A DNA stretch of 17,960 nucleotides, from positions 1 to 17,960 of the forward strand of contig NW_002061037.1 of the NCBI RefSeq assembly GCF_000150275.1. The letters run 5' to 3'. The stretch comes from Trichoplax adhaerens (lineage: Eukaryota > Animalia > Placozoa). Shown here one piece after another: positions 10,552 to 17,960 of the stretch. The notes beneath the pieces are model-generated. The model worked only from the letters and a program-made list of their open reading frames with translations. It searched no databases and had not been told where the DNA came from. The translations under genes and the position numbers were made by a program. Numbering within the stretch: the first letter of the stretch is position 1; each line of letters starts with the position of its first letter.

Positions 10552-10700
10552 TGACAGCTCAAAAGAACACCCACAAATTTTAAGTAATCAACTTTAACAC
10601 TATAGCGATGAGGTTGCTTTCTCTTTCTTGTTAAATTACTTTCAAAGATGCTTTCTTAAATTTGTAAACCTTCTTCTTCTTAATCTTTTTGATTAGGTTG
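10552..10700 (+). repeat. Third, partial copy of the relic B/C 3' segment
   Basis: tgacagctcaaaagaac...ctttaacactatagcgatgaggttgctt...aatctttttga aligns with 8750-8887 and 10378-10514. Confidence 0.75.
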
Positions 10701-10754
10701 GCATTCTTTTAATTACATTATAAAAATTAATCATTGGCATCATTAATATCGGGC

Positions 10755-10848
10755 ATGAAAAGCAACAACAATCTAAAACATTGGATCCTTTGTATCTACT
10801 TTATAGCCTTTATTTGGCTTTTAGCAACTTGTCGCTGTGAAATTACTG
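10755..10848 (+). CDS. Gene 2 exon 1, signal peptide
   Basis: MKSNNNLKHWILCIYFIAFIWLLATCRCEIT, phase-1 donor g|gtatag. Confidence 0.75.
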
Positions 10849-13800
10849 GTATAGTAATCGATAGCAAGTGCTACAATTCTATTTATTTATTTTACTTGCT
10901 AAATAACCTAAGAAATTTGTTACCTTCTCTACAGAAACAAGCAGCGGCTTTCCAAGCTTTTGTAACTGCAGCACTTTGTCTATCAATTGCTCCAGTAGTG
11001 ACTTAATTGAATTGCCCAACATTAATTACACGGACGTTAGATATGTGACTTCACTGTTAGTATTACACCAACAAATAATTTCCGTTTTTTGATTACTCAA
11101 TGTCTAACGTCAATTTACTGATGACAGTATTTTAACACGATCAAAACATACTCTAGAAAATAGAATTCAAATAATTATATGCAATTAAAAATTGTCTACT
11201 AGTTCATCGATCGATGTATATATTTATTGCCATGCTACTCGTTTGTAAAGAAGAAAGTTCAATGTTACTGTAGCTGGTGCAGAAGTCTGCAGCAGTTGTC
11301 ACGTTAGCCAGTAGTATGCGATCTACCAGAATGTTATCAACTAGCACCAAAATGCTTACCTACTTTACACTATATGAAGTGATAATTAAAGTCGCTAGTT
11401 TTTTTCAAGAATATTAGAAAATCTTTAAGATTCGTAAGAGTAATGATGTAAAATTTTCATCACTAGACCTACTGTTTAATACTTATTTCAACCATACATC
11501 CGATATTTCTCGTCATTATTACAATTCGCATGTTATAGCATTAAATGAATTTTGTGCCATCGATCATCCTATTAACCCTAATAGCTTAGCTTTCTTCACA
11601 TAGGATAATCAACAACACAAGCATTAGGAGAATTAGAGCAAGAAGCTTTATTTATTATCCAGAATTGGTCGTTTTGTAAGTATACATACTTCGTAGTTTC
11701 GTAACCTTATCGCCAAGTATTTTAAAATAGAAGGAGGTTTTAGACTACTATAGCCTTCTTTACTCATACCGTTGCATCGTAAAGAGGCCAAGAGAATTCA
11801 TTAGTATCTTGTAACTTTATTAGAATCACACAGAGTGGTTTGCGTCGGCGATTAGTTCCTAAAGAATCAGCTAGGCTGCAGTAATAGGATCTGCCTAAGA
11901 TGCTGTCATAAATGATTATTTTTTAAATTAATCAACAATGTTAAACTGTAAGAACGTATTCTTCCTTTTAAAAGGGCTGAATTCTATTCTTTAAGCCTTG
12001 ATATAAGATACGAAAATGTTTTTTGAATGGAATTTCTTGAATCGTTTATTTACGCCAATATGCTTTCAGTCAAAACGTTAAATGAGCATTTCATGGCAGT
12101 TTATGCCAAAATTATTTAGAAGTTCGTGCTCATTACTCACAATCGAAACCTAATCTTAAATATGGTAGTATATTTATTTNNNNNNNNNNNNNNNNNNNNN
12201 NNNNNNNNNNNNNNNNNNNNNNNNNNNNNNNNNNNNNNNNNNNNNNNNNNNNNNNNNNNNNNNNNNNNNNNNNNNNNNNNNNNNNNNNNNNNNNNNNNNN
12301 NNNNNNNNNNNNNNNNNNNNNNNNNNNNNNNNNNNNNNNNNNNNNNNNNNNNNNNNNNNNNNNNNNNNNNNNNNNNNNNNNNNNNNNNNNNNNNNNNNNN
12401 NNNNNNNNNNNNNNNNNNNNNNNNNNNNNNNNNNNNNNNNNNNNNNNNNNNNNNNNNNNNNNNNNNNNNNNNNNNNNNNNNNNNNNNNNNNNNNNNNNNN
12501 NNNNNNNNNNNNNNNNNNNNNNNNNNNNNNNNNNNNNNNNNNNNNNNNNNNNNNNNNNNNNNNNNNNNNNNNNNNNNNNNNNNNNNNNNNNNNNNNNNNN
12601 NNNNNNNNNNNNNNNNNNNNNNNNNNNNNNNNNNNNNNNNNNNNNNNNNNNNNNNNNNNNNNNNNNNNNNNNNNNNNNNNNNNNNNNNNNNNNNNNNNNN
12701 NNNNNNNNNNNNNNNNNNNNNNNNNNNNNNNNNNNNNNNNNNNNNNNNNNNNNNNNNNNNNNNNNNNNNNNNNNNNNNNNNNNNNNNNNNNNNNNNNNNN
12801 NNNNNNNNNNNNNNNCACCAACAATTTCTATTTTCAAGTTTACTCATTTAAATTGATGAATGCAGGTCCAAAAAGAGTAGCTTTCATAAAAAATATCAAA
12901 TTAATCAAAACTAATTTGGCTAGATGACTCACACAATCAACATCTAGTATACTTAGTTGCATATTAGATCTATCGATGTTATTTATTTCGAAAATATAAT
13001 CCTATCTTATTTACAAACACTATCATAAGTCTTACTGCTCCGTGACGTATTGGATCTTAAATAACATGAATGATCTCTACAATATTGTTACCGTCCAAGT
13101 ACGAAATCCAGTCAATTCGCGAAATGCCTAGTCAATTCACGAAATGCCTAGTCAATTCGCGAAATGCCTAGTCAATTTGCAAAATGCCGAAATATGAAGA
13201 AATTTACGACATTCTAAGCAGTATCTAGCTCATAACAATAGCAAATATTACTAAGTGTACTACAGCATGAGAAACATATTATTACCACCAATTTCAGCGC
13301 TAGCCAATACGTGTAAAATGACTTATCTCACAAATAGAGTAGTACCGGTATTTTAACTGCAAGGTAAATCTATTTTAATAGAACCTTTCTCTGATCCAGT
13401 TTGCGGGATTGAATTTATTGATTGGTCGTAGGATATTACTTTAGTGCAAATAATAGCAAATACCAGTAACTCGCCTTTATAACAGTACGGCAACGTATAT
13501 CGGAGTAAAGATTTTATCACCGGTTCAAATAATCAAAACTCGAGTCGCAACATCTATAGTAAATATATATTGTACTGACAATAAATAACAGGTGAATGCA
13601 AATCTTGAATCATAGAAGCAGAAAGGCATAGATGTAATGAATTGATTACTTTCATTATCAAATTATAAAATGATAGATTACGATTCAAGAATTATAGTTT
13701 ATTTCTGCTACTTACATAACAGATATTAAGCAAAGAAAGTCTTACAATGCCACCCTTAACTTTAATTGCGTCTCAGGAACATTACTAGCAGCCTCATTCA

Positions 13801-16800
13801 AGTCATTGAAACTGATGCATTCTGTGGATTATCACATCTAACCAATTTGTAAGGTTTTCGATTTTTTGGGGTTACTAATGAAAAACGGTAACAATAACTT
13901 CTATTATACCATCATGTTCTCTGTCAAAAGGTCTTTAGAAGCTAACCGATTGCAAGTTATTGAAAGTGGATCTTTTAATTGCCTAAAAAGTCTAAAGCAA
14001 CTGTAAGTCACTCTGTGACAGTGTTATATACTTTATTAGAGTAGAAACATCTATGTTAGGATAATTCTGTTAGCCTATCCTTATTTACTTAAATTCTAAT
14101 TTAGATATACTGTATTTTAATATAGCTCTGGCTTTTTATGACAGAGACACATATATACATACTGAATTAATAGTTATAATAGGGAATGTAAATCATCTAC
14201 TTACGGTTCGAATTATTGTGATTGTAACTTACTTATGGTAGATTGTAAATTATCGTGAAAATGTTCCGTGATAGAACATATGGTAATCTGACTATTCTGT
14301 ATTAGTCATCAGATGTCTATGTAGGTAAATACTGTTGTCTGCATTAAGGGAGTAGTAGCTAAAATNNNNNNNNNNNNNNNNNNNNNNNNNNNNNNNNNNN
14401 NNNNNNNNNNNNNNNTTATGATTTCATTGAAACCTAGTTAGGGAATATTTTTCTGTCACAAAACACGCTTTGCAACAAGATAACGCAATATACGATCAAT
14501 AAGTCAATTCCTTGAACCACGTATCAAGGAACGATATCTGCACTATCACAAACACTTTTGCTCTACTAGCAGACTACACAAAGACTTAAACGCCTCGTAT
14601 TTTACGTTAAACACTAAGTTGGACAATTCTTCTTTATTTCACGATATACTGCATTTATATACTATTCCTCAATAGTTCATGAGTCATAGTTAATACAATT
14701 AACATTAGAATCATTTACTGAATTAGATATTAATTTTAGCTACTGCTCCCTTAATGCAGACAACAGTATTTACGAACATAGACATGTAATGACTAATACA
14801 GAATAGTCAGATTACGATATGTCCTATCACGGAACATTTCCATGATAATTTACAGTCTACCATAAGTAAATTACAATCACAATGATTCGAACTGTAAGCA
14901 GATGATTTGCATTCCCTATTATAACTATTATAATTTCAGTATGTATATAAGTGTCACTGTCATAAAAAGTCAGTGCTATATTAAAATACAGTATATCCAA
15001 ATTAGAAGTTAACTAAATAAGGATAGTCTAACAGAATTATCCTAACATAGTTATTTCTACTGTAATACAGTATTTAACACTGTAACATTTTCTAACATTA
15101 TTTATCAGTGCCTTAAAATAAATTCAATCTTTTCGTATTCTATAGAAAATTTGATAACAATATGTCGTCTATCGCCGATTATTACAGCAAAATCCCAATC
15201 GGATTGATTTGCTTCTAATCGGTTAATATGGTCTTCATAATTGCACAATTTGCTATAAAACTCTTAAATGCACAATAAATAAAGTATACTAATCTCATAA
15301 CCAAAATATACTTAAAAAATAGAAAAAATCTTGTAGCCACTATCTTGACCTAAGCTCGAATATCAAATTTAATATGCTAACCGCCAGTAAATATCAGTAT
15401 GTTCCATTCTTGTAGGACACTTCGATCAAATGCATTGACACACATTCAACCCAAAGCTTTTTGTATGCTGCAAAATTTACAACATTTGTAAGTGTAACAT
15501 ACTATTTTACACTATCATTCGCTAATAAGAAACTATATTATAACAATTACTTTTATTACTGTTTACACTCTGGTTTTAATAAAATAACGATTGATTAGAA
15601 TTCTGGACAATAATCGCCTTAAAAGCATGTCTGAGGGCGATTTTGGTTGTCTATTAAATCTGGAAAGTTTGTAAGTTTGTAAATGATGTTACAGTTAATT
15701 ACTATTTTACTAACAATCACTGCAATCAATTTGTGGTGTTTTAGTTACATATGTTATAAAGCTGTACCTGGATTGCGTATCATTGTTAATGTAGATATCA
15801 AATGATTTTAAATCCATTTGACTCAAAATAAAACTATATATCCGATAGAATAAATCAGTAATTACGCTAGTACACTTAAGTCTCCGTTAACCTATCAACA
15901 AATTAGGTTGTATTATGCTCTAAAGCTGATCTGTTATCCTTCTTTTATTAACTTTTCAGACGACTGAAACATAATGCAATATCTACAATTGAAACTAACT
16001 CCTTGTGCGGTTTAGAATCACTTGTTCGTCTGTAAGTATCGATATATGAAATTAAAGTATTAATTATTGCCACATGAACAAATAATAACTTTAATTATAA
16101 TCAATAAATTTAGTTGTAATATTTGTTTAGTCATCAATATCAATAACTATTTATGATGCTATCTAGAGACTTGTACTATACTAGACGCATACAAGCAAAA
16201 CTTGACTTACGCATAACGGAATCTTTTCCCTATCTATAAATATATTATACAGAAATTTGAAGGGCAATCGCCTAAAAGTTGTTAAAAACGAAAGTTTGGC
16301 TTGTCTGTCATCATTGGAAGACATGTTTGTATAAAATAAGATATTACAGACATTGTAAAGAAATGATAATTTTATATTAATTGGATAATTTGCAGACTAA
16401 AGATTTTGTTATGACTAGTAATTGTCAGACTCCATTTTTTTAAATGAGCTCATGTATAGTAAACGAGATACTTTTCTAAATTTTTAGATACCTTGAATAT
16501 AATGTAATCGAAGACATTGAGCCTAATTCTTTCCGAAATCTGACTAAACTTCGCATGCTGTAAGTTTAAAATGCCTCAATTTTACCCTTGTTTTATTGCA
16601 TCGTTGATAGTAGGCGTTATGCATCTTACATCGCCTAAAGTTCATACTATAGATTGTATGATTCATTAATTTATACTCAGATAACTTAAAATTGCAACTA
16701 CCATTTAAAAGTCAAAAACTTTATTTAATTCTGACGTAAATCATAACGAATTCTCGATAAATTATTGTATATAAGCTATTTTTAAACCTTCATTTCTAAT

Positions 16801-17646
16801 TAGTGATATCGCAGGAAATCATCTGAAAATCGTACGCCGTTCTGCATTCGTTGGCTTACCATCAGTAGAACATTTGTAAGCATATGAATTTTTAAATAAA
16901 ATCAATTGCAATAGTAGCTATTTATCAGACGCAATTTTAGAATATTGTGACTATATCGCAAAAAATCAGTAAGAATACTTAGTGTATTACATAAGCGCTC
17001 ATTCAACGTAAGAAATCAAAATTAGATATCAAGCTAAGACAAGAAATAATCTATATTTATCCACTATAGTAGGCCAATAAAAGTGCTCTAATTAATTATA
17101 GCCTATATTCATTTAACAAATCTATTGTTAGCACATTTTTTTTGAGCTTTAAAAGTTTGCCATTGATATTGCTGCTCTACGATGTTTACAACTATTCATT
17201 GAAACTGTTAAACATGTTATCTCTTCGATCATAATTTACTCACTTCTAAAACGAAAAAAAAATAGTTACATAGCACATATTTACATTTATTTGTTTGCTT
17301 TGTAATCCTTTAATGATTCGGCGAATTACTTTAAACAATGTAACAGCATATACGCCATTTTTAGCAAACTGAATTTTTTTTGATGCTTTAGAAAATTAGA
17401 ACAGAATTCAATCACCTATGTAGAACCGTATTCATTTTGTGGAATGCCTAAAGTATGGGAGCTGTAAGTATTATTCTTCATTAAAGCTACTTTATTTTTA
17501 CTTAACTTGGTATATACTTATAGAATACTGATAATATGGCTGCTTACTTATTTGTTACTTTTATATAATTTTAGTCAGCTTTTCCAAAACAAAATTAAAA
17601 AACTTGAACGGTATACCTTTGCCTGTACTTCCAATTTGAGAAATAT
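10755..17646 (+). CDS. Gene 2: signal peptide + LRRNT + >=11 LRR ectodomain; probable LRR-GPCR paralog of gene 1, 3' end outside window
   Basis: Exons 10755-10848, 10935-11055, 11604-11675, 13777-13848, 13931-14002, 15416-15487, 15599-15670, 15960-16031, 16253-16324, 16488-16559, 16804-16875, 17392-17463 and 17575-17646. All are GT-AG, phase-compatible and free of stops. More exons may lie in the gaps. The GPCR assignment is inferred from the neighbouring gene. Confidence 0.85.
10935..11055 (+). CDS. Gene 2 exon 2, LRR N-terminal cap (LRRNT)
   Basis: tacag|ETSSGFPSFCNCSTLSINCSSSDLIELPNINYTDVRYVTSL|gttagt; phase 1 to 2. Confidence 0.8.
11604..11675 (+). CDS. Gene 2 LRR exon (72 bp)
   Basis: catag|IINNTSIRRIRARSFIYYPELVVL|gtaagt. 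Confidence 0.85.
12180..12815. other. Assembly gap
   Basis: Run of N. Confidence 1.
13111..13190 (+). repeat. Minisatellite, 4 x 20 bp (GTCAATTCGCGAAATGCCTA)
   Basis: Four contiguous units with 0-3 mismatches, plus a partial unit at 13101. Confidence 0.95.
13777..13848 (+). CDS. Gene 2 LRR exon (72 bp)
   Basis: ctcag|NITSSLIQVIETDAFCGLSHLTNL|gtaagg. Confidence 0.9.
13931..14002 (+). CDS. Gene 2 LRR exon (72 bp)
   Basis: aaaag|SLEANRLQVIESGSFNCLKSLKQL|gtaagt. Confidence 0.9.
14014..14365 (+). mobile_element. Solo-LTR-like element, copy 3: inverted, more diverged, runs into the gap
   Basis: Starts TGTGACAGTGTT and is the reverse complement of ~14733-15087 with scattered substitutions. Confidence 0.85.
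14366..14415. other. Assembly gap (50 N, probably a placeholder size)
   Basis: Run of N. Confidence 1.
14454..15087 (-). mobile_element. Solo-LTR-like element, copy 2 (634 bp), in a gene 2 intron
   Basis: TGTCACA...TGTAACA termini; perfect 5-bp TSD TTTTC (14449-14453 / 15088-15092); about 20 differences from copy 1 by eye. Confidence 0.85.
15416..15487 (+). CDS. Gene 2 LRR exon (72 bp)
   Basis: tgtag|TLRSNALTHIQPKAFCMLQNLQHL|gtaagt. Confidence 0.92.
15599..15670 (+). CDS. Gene 2 LRR exon (72 bp)
   Basis: attag|ILDNNRLKSMSEGDFGCLLNLESL|gtaagt. Confidence 0.92.
15960..16031 (+). CDS. Gene 2 LRR exon (72 bp)
   Basis: ttcag|RLKHNAISTIETNSLCGLESLVRL|gtaagt. Confidence 0.92.
16253..16324 (+). 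CDS. Gene 2 LRR exon (72 bp)
   Basis: tacag|NLKGNRLKVVKNESLACLSSLEDI|gtttgt. Confidence 0.9.
16488..16559 (+). CDS. Gene 2 LRR exon (72 bp)
   Basis: tttag|YLEYNVIEDIEPNSFRNLTKLRML|gtaagt. Confidence 0.92.
16804..16875 (+). CDS. Gene 2 LRR exon (72 bp)
   Basis: attag|DIAGNHLKIVRRSAFVGLPSVEHL|gtaagc. Confidence 0.92.
17392..17463 (+). CDS. Gene 2 LRR exon (72 bp)
   Basis: tttag|KLEQNSITYVEPYSFCGMPKVWEL|gtaagt. Confidence 0.92.
17575..17646 (+). CDS. Gene 2 LRR exon (72 bp)
   Basis: tttag|QLFQNKIKKLERYTFACTSNLRN|gtaaga. Confidence 0.92.
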
Positions 17647-17960
17647 GTAAGATATTGCATTCTATAATAGTTAGTTCGATAATTATCAATATATTTAATA
17701 CATGATGAAACTGATTTCTTTGCACAATATTTACTTGATAGAATTAGTTTAAGAATATTTTCTTATTCATATTTCATTGGTAGTGCATTCTTAGAGCTGT
17801 ATCTTTGATATCAAGTGATTATTACTGAAAAAGACTGCTGTATTAAAACCCCATATTTCGGCTATTTGTAGTTTTCTAAATAATTATTACCTCCTTTACA
17901 TCTAAATCTAATTTATGAATGATATCATTATTGACTACCATAATTCAGCTCAAGTTTGGT

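Noticed and set aside
10734-11006. 90-aa ORF as a standalone gene
   Set aside because: Read-through of gene 2 exon 1 into its intron; splicing 10848 to 10935 yields a proper LRRNT in another frame
12126-12851. Four long ORFs in the ORF track
   Set aside because: Artefacts of the N gap
12945-13090. LRR-like peptide SIDVIYFENIILSYLQTL after the gap
   Set aside because: No consistent acceptor/donor pair of the right phase; may be chance or a very eroded exon
13111-13190. CRISPR array
   Set aside because: Contiguous repeats without spacers in a eukaryotic intron; no cas genes
14014-15087. A single foldback/MITE with 350-bp TIRs
   Set aside because: The right arm belongs to a complete 634-bp unit with its own TSD, and the outer flanks (CACTC versus TTTTC) do not form a TSD

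Overview
AT-rich, intron-containing animal genomic DNA. Gene style and family content suggest a placozoan such as Trichoplax, but this is inference. Two tandem + strand LRR receptor genes flank the window. Gene 1 (<430-3873) is an LRR-containing GPCR with a type-C/RXFP/GRL101-like hinge and 7TM. It looks pseudogenised: a 5-bp frameshift shaped like a Tc1/mariner excision footprint, a dead splice donor and loss of the TM6 proline. Gene 2 (10755->17646) has a signal peptide exon, an LRRNT exon and at least 11 LRR exons of exactly 72 bp, with alternating paired cysteines. The ~6.5 kb between the genes appears to be a graveyard of decayed, apparently intronless NACHT/RI-type-LRR (NLR-like) genes that the ORF track misses: three NACHT relics on +, one LRR relic on -, and one duplicated fragment just upstream of gene 2. 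Three copies of a ~630-bp TGT...ACA element lie in introns; the two complete copies have 5-bp TSDs, consistent with solo LTRs. There are two assembly gaps. All alignments and translations were done by eye.
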